This document shows, one piece after another, positions 29,628 through 38,760 of a stretch of 64,000 nucleotides of DNA (its first letter is position 1; the number at the start of each line of letters is the position of its first letter). The translations under genes were made by a program, and so were the position numbers. A model generated the notes under the pieces. The model ran no database searches. It saw only the letters and a list, made by a program, of their open reading frames with translations, and had not been told where the DNA came from. Source of the stretch: Bacilli bacterium (GTDB taxonomy: Bacteria; Bacillota_I; Bacilli_A; RF39; UBA660); contig JAFRQS010000032.1 of assembly GCA_017428495.1 (NCBI GenBank), forward strand, positions 148-64,147. The letters run 5' to 3'.

Positions 29628-30555
29628 ATTTCTTAATCATATTACTTTCATAAAATAGTGGTAATAATATATATCCATTTTCTTCTAAATAAGTAATCAT
29701 TTCAGGAAGAATAGCAGTAGTATATCTACTATAATCATGATATAAAATGACTTCTATTTTTTCATTTATTGTAGAAGTAAAATTATTCCATGTTTCTTCT
29801 TTAGAATAAAGCATACCACCATCTCCATCAGAACCATTCCAATCTACATATCCATAATGATTTTCTCTTAACTTTTCTACAATAGAACTTTTTAAATTTC
29901 TGGCTGTAGAACTACCACCAGGGAATCTAACAATGTTAGTAATATAACCATATGCATATTTTTTTACATGTTCTTCTTGATCTTTAACTGCTTTAATAAA
30001 TGATTCGGCACTACTATATAATCCATATCTTATTGCATGTGTATATGTATGATTTGCAATAGTATGTCCTCTCTTAACATATTCTGGATATAATTTAAAG
30101 CATTCATATGATTTATTATCATAACAATATGTACCATTTGTAGTAGTAGTAAAAAATGTTGCTTTAACATTATACTTATCTAAAATATCTAATACCTTAT
30201 AAGTATTATAATAAGGACCATCATCAAATGTTAAATAAGCAATCTTTTTGTTTGATTTGCCATTAATAATATCATTTTCTAATTGTTTAATATATTTAAA
30301 ATATTCTTCTTTAATAAAATTAATTTTATTATCAATATTGCCATAGTCATTATAATAATTTTTTAATTCAGTTAACTCTTTTTCTTTATCTTTTTGTTTT
30401 GTTTTTAATGAATTATATTCATCTATCATATACTTATCAATACTTGATATTTTATTTTTATAATAATATGAGGTATTTAGTAATGAAATAATCAATATTA
30501 ATAAAATAGTTTCTGTAATTATAAATTTTTTACTTTCTGTAATTCTTTTTCCCAT
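29626..30555 (-). CDS. Polysaccharide (peptidoglycan) deacetylase, NodB domain
   Basis: YLTFDDGP, ANHTYTH, RFPGG, ILYHD; N-terminal TM and coiled coil. Confidence 0.92.
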   Translation of the reverse strand: MGKRITESKKFIITETILLILIISLLNTSYYYKNKISSIDKYMIDEYNSLKTKQKDKEKELTELKNYYNDYGNIDNKINFIKEEYFKYIKQLENDIINGKSNKKIAYLTFDDGPYYNTYKVLDILDKYNVKATFFTTTTNGTYCYDNKSYECFKLYPEYVKRGHTIANHTYTHAIRYGLYSSAESFIKAVKDQEEHVKKYAYGYITNIVRFPGGSSTARNLKSSIVEKLRENHYGYVDWNGSDGDGGMLYSKEETWNNFTSTINEKIEVILYHDYSRYTTAILPEMITYLEENGYILLPLFYESNMIKK

Positions 30556-30776
30556 ACTTCCAGTATTCCTTTTTTTACATCATCAATTACTATTTTATCT
30601 GTTTTATTTTTCATATCTTTAATATCAGTATCTAACTTACTAATATCATTCTTTAAATTAATTATTTCATCTTTTCTAATATTACTATTTTTATGATAAC
30701 TATTAATATTCATATATGTATTATAAGATATAAATATTAATATAATAAATGTAACAAATACTACTAATTTTTTCAT
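30519..30776 (-). CDS. Small membrane-anchored coiled-coil protein
   Basis: RBS gaggt on minus strand; N-terminal TM; overlaps deacetylase start. Confidence 0.65.
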   Translation of the reverse strand: MKKLVVFVTFIILIFISYNTYMNINSYHKNSNIRKDEIINLKNDISKLDTDIKDMKNKTDKIVIDDVKKGILEVWEKELQKVKNL

Positions 30777-30856
30777 ATACTACCTCTAATATAATTTTAA
30801 TACCATATGTATTTATTGTAAACAATATTTATGATATATTTAAATAGAGGTGTAAG

Positions 30857-31483
30857 ATGGAAGAATATATAAATAATGATATTAAACTTAATAAAAAACA
30901 ATTGATAAGTATAATATGTTTAATAATAGTAATATCAGGTATATTTGGATGGATATATGAATTTATATTTTATTATATAAATAGTGGTTTTAAAACCTTT
31001 TATATGAGAGGCGGAAACTTTTTGCCATGGATTAATATATATGCATATGGTGCATTTATAATATTGTTTTTAACATATAAAAGAAGAAAACATCCATTAC
31101 AAGTATTTTTAATAAGTATGATATCTACAGGTGTATTAGAGTATTTATCAGGATATATACTATATGGAGTATTAGGTTTAACTAAATGTTGGGATTACAA
31201 TACCGAAATATTAAACTTTGGTAATATAGGTGGATATGTATGTTTAAGAAGTGTCCTTATATTTGGATTATCGGGATTATTTTTAATATATATATTAGTA
31301 CCACTACTTATTAAATTGGTACAATCTAAACATATAAATATTATATTAACAATAAGTATAATATTGTGTACAATATTTTTATTAGATGAAATATATAATT
31401 TAATTTTTACAAAATTATTTCATTTGCCAAAATCTACAAAGATATATAGTAAATTAGGATTTAAATATTTGTATTTTAAATAA
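30857..31483 (+). CDS. Putative ABC transporter permease (CmpB/DUF1113-like membrane protein)
   Basis: FGWIYE, PWINIYAYGA, LEYLSG, WDYN..NIGGYVCL motifs. Confidence 0.75.
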   Translation: MEEYINNDIKLNKKQLISIICLIIVISGIFGWIYEFIFYYINSGFKTFYMRGGNFLPWINIYAYGAFIILFLTYKRRKHPLQVFLISMISTGVLEYLSGYILYGVLGLTKCWDYNTEILNFGNIGGYVCLRSVLIFGLSGLFLIYILVPLLIKLVQSKHINIILTISIILCTIFLLDEIYNLIFTKLFHLPKSTKIYSKLGFKYLYFK

Positions 31484-31503
31484 ATAGTGATATAATTTAA
31501 TTA

Positions 31504-31622
31504 ATCTTATAAAGAGTGATTGAGGGACTAGCCCTATGAAGTCACACCAACCTATTAAATTAGGTGGTAATGCTAGATCTATAAGATAACTTTGTGCGCA
31601 GGAGTTATCTTGGGCATTTTTT
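31504..31622 (+). promoter_or_regulatory. SAM-I riboswitch (short variant) with terminator
   Basis: P1 atcttata/tataagat; aagag..gagggactagccctatgaa; ccaacc..aggtgg; terminator aagataactt/gagttatctt; directly upstream of metK. Confidence 0.88.
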
Positions 31623-31645
31623 TATTTGATTAGAAAGGAAGTAGT

Positions 31646-32428
31646 ATGATAGAAAAAGTAAACCCAAGTCATCCTGATAAAGTGGCAGACAGGATAGCTG
31701 GTGCATTAGTGGATTTGGCATATGTAAAAAGTAATAATCCTAAAATAGCTGTAGAAGTATTACTTGGTCATGGGAATTGTCACATAATAATTGAAACAAG
31801 TGAAAAATTTAATAAGAGTGAAGTAGAATCTATAGTACGTAGGATAGCAGGTAATATGAAATTAGATTTACAAGTTGTAAAACAAGATGTATACCTTGCT
31901 AATAACCAAATAGGTAAGCTAAGATGTGGAGATAATGGAATATTTAAAGGTGTACCTTTAAATAAAGAAGAAAAAAAATTATCTAGAATAGCAAGAGATA
32001 TTTATAGAAAGTATCCATATGATGGTAAATATATTTTAGATAAAAATAAATTGATTATATGTCAAAGTAATTGCATAAGTGGTGATTTAAAAAATACATA
32101 TAAAAACGCAATTATTAATCCACTTGGAGAATGGACAGGAGGCATTAATGTAGATAGTGGTGCTACAAATAGGAAATTAGGATCTGATATGGCATCTAGT
32201 ATTACAGGAGGTGGACTGCATGGAAAAGATTTATCTAAAGCAGACGTTTCAATTAACATATATGCGTTTTTAAAAGCGCAAAAAGAAAATAAAACAATTA
32301 AACTTTCTTGTGCTATAGGTGATGAATACGTAGATGGTAAAACATATGAAGAGATAGTAGAAATTGCAAGAGAATATATTAAAATGATAGGAGGATTTGA
32401 AGAATTTGCAAAATGGGGATTATATTGA
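31646..32428 (+). CDS. metK: S-adenosylmethionine synthetase, miniature form (260 aa)
   Basis: EKVNPSHPDKVADRI, CGDNG, INPLG, DSGATNRK, GGGLHGKDLSKAD; SAM-I upstream. Confidence 0.88.
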   Translation: MIEKVNPSHPDKVADRIAGALVDLAYVKSNNPKIAVEVLLGHGNCHIIIETSEKFNKSEVESIVRRIAGNMKLDLQVVKQDVYLANNQIGKLRCGDNGIFKGVPLNKEEKKLSRIARDIYRKYPYDGKYILDKNKLIICQSNCISGDLKNTYKNAIINPLGEWTGGINVDSGATNRKLGSDMASSITGGGLHGKDLSKADVSINIYAFLKAQKENKTIKLSCAIGDEYVDGKTYEEIVEIAREYIKMIGGFEEFAKWGLY

Positions 32429-32432
32429 TAGA

Positions 32433-32600
32433 ATGAATAAATATAAAGCAAAAGTAAAAAAATTTTTAATGGATAAAAATAATTATACAGAAGAATCAGC
32501 AGATGAATTGATGGGACTTTATGAAGATGATTTTAAAGAATTTTTAGATAATGGTTGGAGCCCAGGATGTGCAGCAACAGCAATGAGGATGGGTTATTAA
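32433..32600 (+). CDS. Small hypothetical protein
   Basis: 55-aa ORF directly after metK. Confidence 0.5.
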   Translation: MNKYKAKVKKFLMDKNNYTEESADELMGLYEDDFKEFLDNGWSPGCAATAMRMGY

Positions 32601-32644
32601 TAAAAAAGTTGTTGTAAATATAAATATTGTGTTATAATACACTT

Positions 32645-32836
32645 GTAATTTATTTTGGAATTAGTAGTAAATGATTTACTAATAGAGAGTTAGTGGTTGG
32701 TGGAAACTAATGTAATAGTTTATGAATGACATCCATATATGATAAATCGTTAATTACGTTATAATTAAAGTGCACGTTAGTGAAGTAAGGTGGTACCGTC
32801 CTATTGGACCCTTATAACTCTTTTGTGCACTTTTTA
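32645..32836 (+). promoter_or_regulatory. T-box riboswitch, probable Asp (GAC) specifier
   Basis: agagag and ggtggaa stem I motifs; gaatGACatcc specifier loop (GAC 32728-32730); T-box aaggtggtaccgtcc 32787-32801; upstream of hisS-aspS. Confidence 0.88.
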
Positions 32837-32851
32837 TTTAAAGGAGGAAAT

Positions 32852-34117
32852 ATGGAAATAATACAAAGACCTAAAGGAACAAATGATGTTTATGATGAAA
32901 CTGGTAGAACTATTCTTTATATTAGAGATTTAGTAGAGAGTATTGCTAAAGAATATAATTATAATTATTTTAGGACACCTACATTTGAAAGAACTGAAGT
33001 GTTTAAAAGAGGTGTAGGAGATACCACTGATATAGTTGAAAAAGAAACTTATGATTTTGTAGATAGAGGAAATAGAAATATGACCTTAAGGCCTGAAGGT
33101 ACTGCAGCAGTTGTAAGAAGTATAATTGAAAATAAATTATACGTTAATGGTATAAACAAAGTATGGTATTTTATGCCTATGTTTAGATATGAAAGACCAC
33201 AATCTGGAAGACTTAGAGAACACTTCCAATTTGGATTTGAATCATTTGGAACTAATAGTCCTTATGCAGATGCTGAAATAATATCTATAGCAGTAAAAAT
33301 ATTAAAGGGTCTTGGACTTAAAGGTATTAAAGTAAACATTAATAGTTTAGGAGATATAGAATCTAGAAATAATTATAGAGAAGCATTAAAAGAACATTTT
33401 AGACCACATCTAGATAATTTATGTTCTGATTGTAAAGAAAGATTTGATAGGAATCCATTAAGAATAATAGATTGTAAAGTAGATAGTGAATTGGAAGTAA
33501 TAAAAAATGCTCCAAAAATATTAGATTATTTAAATGATGAATCTAAGAAATATTTTGAATCCGTTAAAAAGAATTTAGATATACTTGGTATAGAGTATAA
33601 TGTAAATCCAAATATAGTAAGAGGACTTGACTATTATACTCATACTGTATTTGAAATAACTGCTGAAATAAAAGATTTTGGAAGTCAAAATGTGTTATGT
33701 GGTGGTGGAAGATATAATAATCTTGTGAGCAATCTGGGAGGACCAGAATATCCATCTGTTGGATTTGGAATGGGTATTGAAAGACTTATGAATGCTTTGA
33801 GTGCAGAAGGAATTGATTTTGGTAAAAAAGAGATTGATGCATATATTTGCTATATAAGTGATAATGAAAAAGATTATGCATTTAAATTATTAAATGAATT
33901 AAGGAATAATAATTTAAGATCTGATATGTGCTATACAAATAGGAATTTAAAGGGTCAATTTAAAGAATGTGATAGTAATAATACTAAATTTGTAATAATT
34001 ATTGGAGAAGAAGAAAAAAATACTGAAGTTATTACTATTAAGAATAATAATACAAAAAAAGAATACAAAATAAATAGAAATGAATTAGTAGAATTTATTA
34101 GGAGGAATTATGAGTAA
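32852..34117 (+). CDS. hisS: Histidine--tRNA ligase
   Basis: LRPEGTA, FRYERPQSGRLREH, VRGLDYYT, GGGRYN. Confidence 0.97.
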   Translation: MEIIQRPKGTNDVYDETGRTILYIRDLVESIAKEYNYNYFRTPTFERTEVFKRGVGDTTDIVEKETYDFVDRGNRNMTLRPEGTAAVVRSIIENKLYVNGINKVWYFMPMFRYERPQSGRLREHFQFGFESFGTNSPYADAEIISIAVKILKGLGLKGIKVNINSLGDIESRNNYREALKEHFRPHLDNLCSDCKERFDRNPLRIIDCKVDSELEVIKNAPKILDYLNDESKKYFESVKKNLDILGIEYNVNPNIVRGLDYYTHTVFEITAEIKDFGSQNVLCGGGRYNNLVSNLGGPEYPSVGFGMGIERLMNALSAEGIDFGKKEIDAYICYISDNEKDYAFKLLNELRNNNLRSDMCYTNRNLKGQFKECDSNNTKFVIIIGEEEKNTEVITIKNNNTKKEYKINRNELVEFIRRNYE

Positions 34118-35423
34118 GTTAAAATTTTGTGAATTAAAAAATCATTATAATGAAGAAGTAGTATTAAAAGGTTTTATTGATAATTTAAGAGATTTACAAT
34201 ATGTACAATTTTTAGTACTTAGAGATAGAACAGGTAAAATACAAGTAACCATAGAAAAGAATGATGATAATAAAGAATTAAATGAAATAGTTTCTAATTT
34301 AACATTAGAAAGTGTAGTTACTGTAACAGGTAAATTACTTGAAAATGAAAAAGTAAAATTAAATGGTATGGAAGTAATACCAACTAGTATAGAAATAAAT
34401 AGTAGAAGTGAAAATGAACTTCCAATAAATTATAAAGATAAAAATAATACATTGTTAGACACAAGATTAGATTATAGATTCTTAGATTTAAGAAATGAAA
34501 AAAACATTCTTATGTTTAGAGTACAAAGTGCATTTGTACAAGGAATGAGAGACTATCTTTATGAAAATGATTTTACTGAAATACATACACCTAAATTAAT
34601 AGCAGCAGCTTCTGAATCTGGATCAGATGTATTTGAAGTAAAATATTTTGAAAATAAAGCTTATCTTGCACAAAGCCCACAATTTTATAAACAAATGGCT
34701 ATGGCGGCAGGTTTTGAAAAAGTGTTTGAAGTGGCGCCAGCATTTCGTGCAGAAAATTCTAATACAAATAGACATACGACTGAATTCACATCATTTGACC
34801 TAGAGTTTAGTTATATAAAAGATTTTACTGAAGTAATGGATTTGGAAGAAGAAATGCTTATAGCAGGGTTAACTAAAGTAAAAGAATTATATGGTGAAAA
34901 GATTAAAGAAATGTTTAATGAAGAAATAATAATTCCAACAAGGCCATTCCCAAGAATAAAATTGCAAGATTTATACAAAGAATTAGAAAAAAGATATGGT
35001 TACAATATTCCAACAGAAGATGTAGGAGATATGAATGCAGAAGCAGAAAAATTAACAGGTAGATTTGCAAAAGAAGTATATGGTCATGAATTTATATTTG
35101 TAACTGATTATAGTGCTAAAAAAAGAGCGTTCTATCATATGAGGAAAGATGGAATACCTCAAGGATATGATTTGATTTGGAAAGGTATGGAAATAACTAC
35201 AGGAGCACAAAGAGAACATAGATATGATGTATTAAAAGCTCAATGTGATGAAAAAGGATTAGGAAAAGATGTAGAATTCTATCTAGAATTCTTTAAGTAT
35301 GGATGCCCTCCACATGGTGGATTTGCACTTGGAATAGATAGAATTACAATGTTAATGCTAGGTATGCCAAATTTAAAAGAAACAATGTTCCTATTTAGAG
35401 GACCAAATAGGATTACACCATAA
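34110..35423 (+). CDS. aspS: Aspartate--tRNA ligase, archaeal/eukaryal-type short form
   Basis: 437 aa with no GAD insert; YLAQSPQFYKQM, FRAENS, GCPPHGGFALGIDR. Confidence 0.9.
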   Translation: MSKLKFCELKNHYNEEVVLKGFIDNLRDLQYVQFLVLRDRTGKIQVTIEKNDDNKELNEIVSNLTLESVVTVTGKLLENEKVKLNGMEVIPTSIEINSRSENELPINYKDKNNTLLDTRLDYRFLDLRNEKNILMFRVQSAFVQGMRDYLYENDFTEIHTPKLIAAASESGSDVFEVKYFENKAYLAQSPQFYKQMAMAAGFEKVFEVAPAFRAENSNTNRHTTEFTSFDLEFSYIKDFTEVMDLEEEMLIAGLTKVKELYGEKIKEMFNEEIIIPTRPFPRIKLQDLYKELEKRYGYNIPTEDVGDMNAEAEKLTGRFAKEVYGHEFIFVTDYSAKKRAFYHMRKDGIPQGYDLIWKGMEITTGAQREHRYDVLKAQCDEKGLGKDVEFYLEFFKYGCPPHGGFALGIDRITMLMLGMPNLKETMFLFRGPNRITP

Positions 35424-36376
35424 TGAAAAAGAAAGTAGTAGTTTTAGGTGGTGGAACAGGAATGTCTAATTTACTTATGGGACTTAAAAATTTCCCATTA
35501 GACATTTCTGCAATAGTAACAGTTTGTGATGATGGATCTAGTACTGGCATACTAAGAGAAGAATTTAATATACCTGCAGTTGGTGATATTAGAAGGGTTT
35601 TGGTTGCTTTATCAGAAACAGAACCACTTGTTATGGATTTATTTAATTATAGATTTAAAACAACAAGTGATTTAGATGGTCATACAGTTGGTAATCTGCT
35701 CTTAACAGCAGCTACTGAAATATGTGGTAATATGTCAGATGGCATTGAAGCGTTAAGTAAAGTATTAAATTTAAAAGGTAAAGTAATACCACTTACAGAG
35801 GATAATGTTACACTAATGGCTAAAATGCAAAATGGAAGTATAGTAGAAGGGGAACATCATATTACATTATCAAAAGAAAAAATATTGAAAGTATATTATA
35901 AAAAAGCACCAAAAGTTAATGAAGATGCACTAAAAGCAATTAGAGAAGCAGACTTGATATTATTTTCAATGGGTAGTTTATTTACAAGTATAATACCGAA
36001 TTTGCTTGTAAAAGATATAGTAAATGAAATAGATAAGAGTAAAGCAAAAATAATGTATGCATGTAATATGATGACGCAACCAGGAGAAACTGATAACTTT
36101 AAGGTATCTGATCATGTTAATATGTTAAATAAGTATTTAGGAAAAAGAAAGATAGAAATTGTGGTAGCAAATAATTCAAAAATTGATAGAAAAATGGCTA
36201 AATTCTATGAAACTACTGAACAAAAAGATCCTGTTATTTTAGATAAAGAAAATATAAAAGTAAAAATAATAGAAGATAATTATGTATATATTACTAAAAA
36301 TAATTTACTTAGGCATGATAATATAAAATTGGGTTTTGATATATTTTATTATATTAATAATAATGGTGTAAGATGA
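35423..36376 (+). CDS. yvcK: YvcK/GlmR family protein (UPF0052)
   Basis: VVLGGGTG, DDGSSTG, GDIRR, GSLFTSIIPNLL, MTQPGET. Confidence 0.92.
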   Translation: MKKKVVVLGGGTGMSNLLMGLKNFPLDISAIVTVCDDGSSTGILREEFNIPAVGDIRRVLVALSETEPLVMDLFNYRFKTTSDLDGHTVGNLLLTAATEICGNMSDGIEALSKVLNLKGKVIPLTEDNVTLMAKMQNGSIVEGEHHITLSKEKILKVYYKKAPKVNEDALKAIREADLILFSMGSLFTSIIPNLLVKDIVNEIDKSKAKIMYACNMMTQPGETDNFKVSDHVNMLNKYLGKRKIEIVVANNSKIDRKMAKFYETTEQKDPVILDKENIKVKIIEDNYVYITKNNLLRHDNIKLGFDIFYYINNNGVR

Positions 36377-37653
36377 AAAAATTAACAAGATTAATATTAA
36401 TAATAGTTTTATCTTTTATTACAAATTGTTATGCAGATAGCATAGTACTTGATAATAAGATATCCGATAATAGTGAATTTATAACAGAAGTAGATATAAC
36501 ATCTGTAGATAATATTGATAATTTAAAATATTATAAAAATGTAAAAAAAATAAATATTAGAAATGTTGTAATAGATGATATAAGTTTTTTAAATGATTTA
36601 AATAATTTAGATAGTATAGTAGTATTTTATAGTAAAGTAAATTTATCAAAATTAAATAATATTCATATTAAAGAAATGACATTCATAAATTCATACATTG
36701 TAAATGATAATTTTACACCATTGATAAATACAAGTATTAAAAGATTGGATTTAGAAGGTAGTTATGTTACCAGTATTTATACATTAAAAAATATTGTTTC
36801 ATTAGAAGAACTATATTTAAATTCAATTAGTAATTTAAGAAGTTTGGAACCTATCACTAATCTTCCAAAATTAAAGAAATTAGATTTTGGAGGTTCTGAA
36901 GAATTAGTAAATAAAAAAGTATTAGATTATATAAGAGAAAAGAATATAGTTGGTACAAACTATGATGTAACTCAATATATGTTTTTAAATAGAGAGCTAG
37001 ATACTAAATTAAATGAAATAATTAAAAGTTTAAAATTAGATAATCTAACTGATTTAGAAAAAATAAAGAAAATAACTACATATGTTATTGATAATATAAA
37101 ATATGATGATGATTGTGGAATAAAAAGTAACTGTGAATATAATGAATTAACATTTAACATACTTGAAAAAAGTTTGTCTGGTAAAGGAATATGTTACAAC
37201 TATGCCCATCTTGAAAACAAATTATTAAATATGGTTGGTATTAAATCATACTTAGTAAGTGGATTTAATAAAACAGGATTAGGGCATGAATGGGTAAATG
37301 TATATTTAGATAAAAAATGGTATGCAATTGATCCAACATGGATAGACACTTATGTAGGAGAGGACAAGAAATTCAAAACCACTGGCAAGTCAAAATTTTA
37401 TATGGTTGATTTAGAAGATAAAACTTGGAATAGTTTGCATAAGGCAGATGTATTACCATCTAAAATAGTAGAGCCAGAAAAAGAGATAATAGATGAAGTT
37501 ATAATTGATTCTAATATAACTAAAGCACAAGATAATTATTATACAATATTTATAATATCTATAATAATAGTTTGCTTATTCATATTAATAGTAATATATA
37601 AAAGAGTAGATAAATTATCTAAAAAAAGGAGAAGAAGGAATGTTAGAAAATAG
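36373..37653 (+). CDS. Surface protein with leucine-rich repeats and transglutaminase-like domain
   Basis: Signal peptide, LRR-like units, GICYNYA / HEWVNV / IDPTW Cys-His-Asp triad, C-terminal TM plus basic tail. Confidence 0.85.
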   Translation: MKKLTRLILIIVLSFITNCYADSIVLDNKISDNSEFITEVDITSVDNIDNLKYYKNVKKINIRNVVIDDISFLNDLNNLDSIVVFYSKVNLSKLNNIHIKEMTFINSYIVNDNFTPLINTSIKRLDLEGSYVTSIYTLKNIVSLEELYLNSISNLRSLEPITNLPKLKKLDFGGSEELVNKKVLDYIREKNIVGTNYDVTQYMFLNRELDTKLNEIIKSLKLDNLTDLEKIKKITTYVIDNIKYDDDCGIKSNCEYNELTFNILEKSLSGKGICYNYAHLENKLLNMVGIKSYLVSGFNKTGLGHEWVNVYLDKKWYAIDPTWIDTYVGEDKKFKTTGKSKFYMVDLEDKTWNSLHKADVLPSKIVEPEKEIIDEVIIDSNITKAQDNYYTIFIISIIIVCLFILIVIYKRVDKLSKKRRRRNVRK

Positions 37654-38644
37654 TGTATTGACAGAAGAAATAATTAAAAAATTATTAGAGGATAATTACA
37701 ATTTGAAAGTAGCAAGTGTTGAAAGAATAAATAGAGGTAGTGCAAATATATACAATATAGATAATAAGTATATATTGAAAGAATTTAGTAGTGATAGGGA
37801 AGTTTCTTCTATAGAAAAAGAATATAATGTAATAAAACATCTTGATAATAAAGGATTAAAAGTACCTACATATATTGAAACAAAATATGGTAATCCATAT
37901 ATAATATATGAAGGTAGAATAATAATACTTCAAGTGTATCTAGAAGGATATGCAATGCCAAATAATACAGGAGATTATGCTAAAACAATTGAATCAGCAA
38001 CTATATTGGGTAAATTAACTAAAGCATTAGAAGATTATGAATTAGATAGTACTTATAATGATTATCCATCAAAAGAGGCATTAGAAGAAGGCATTGTTAA
38101 ATTAAGTGATTTAATTAATAAGATTAAAGATGATAATCCATATAAAGATAAAATAATATCCGATTTAAAAAGAAGAATAGAAATATCAAAAGAACTATTA
38201 GATTTTAATTTTGAAGATATTAAAAAAGTAACATTAAAAATATGTCATGGAGATTATTCTGTACAACAATTAATATATAATGATAATGAGGAAACTGCAA
38301 TAATAGATTTTGAAACAGTAAGAAAAATGCCAATAGATTGGGAAATAATAAGAAGTTATAGTTATATAGATAAAGAATGTAAAGATGGAGTATTTAATTT
38401 AAATACATTTATTGATTATGTTAAAGAAGTAAAGAAATATATTAAATTAACAAAAAAAGATTTAAAATATATGCCATACATCTATATATTTCAATTAGTA
38501 TCAAGTACATTTGGTTATAAACAATATAATAATGATTATTCTAAAACGTCTTTATTAGATTTTGCATTCTTTAGAACTAATCTATGTAATTACTTATATG
38601 ATAATTTAGAACTAATATCAAAAGAATTATTAAATATAAAATAA
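37640..38644 (+). CDS. APH/choline-kinase-like phosphotransferase
   Basis: YILKE, CHGDY, AIIDFE; paralog of 48138-49109. Confidence 0.85.
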   Translation: MLENSVLTEEIIKKLLEDNYNLKVASVERINRGSANIYNIDNKYILKEFSSDREVSSIEKEYNVIKHLDNKGLKVPTYIETKYGNPYIIYEGRIIILQVYLEGYAMPNNTGDYAKTIESATILGKLTKALEDYELDSTYNDYPSKEALEEGIVKLSDLINKIKDDNPYKDKIISDLKRRIEISKELLDFNFEDIKKVTLKICHGDYSVQQLIYNDNEETAIIDFETVRKMPIDWEIIRSYSYIDKECKDGVFNLNTFIDYVKEVKKYIKLTKKDLKYMPYIYIFQLVSSTFGYKQYNNDYSKTSLLDFAFFRTNLCNYLYDNLELISKELLNIK

Positions 38645-38760
38645 TAAACACAAATAAATTATTTGTGTTTTTATTATTAATAATTGAGAAAATAAGATTT
38701 TGATAGTATAATAAAAATATAAGATAGGAGTGTATTATGAAAAATAGAAAAGCATTTACA
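38596..38760 (+). repeat. Direct repeat copy 1 (kinase 3' end, terminator, promoter, pilin start)
   Basis: Near-identical to 40051-40217. Confidence 0.9.
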
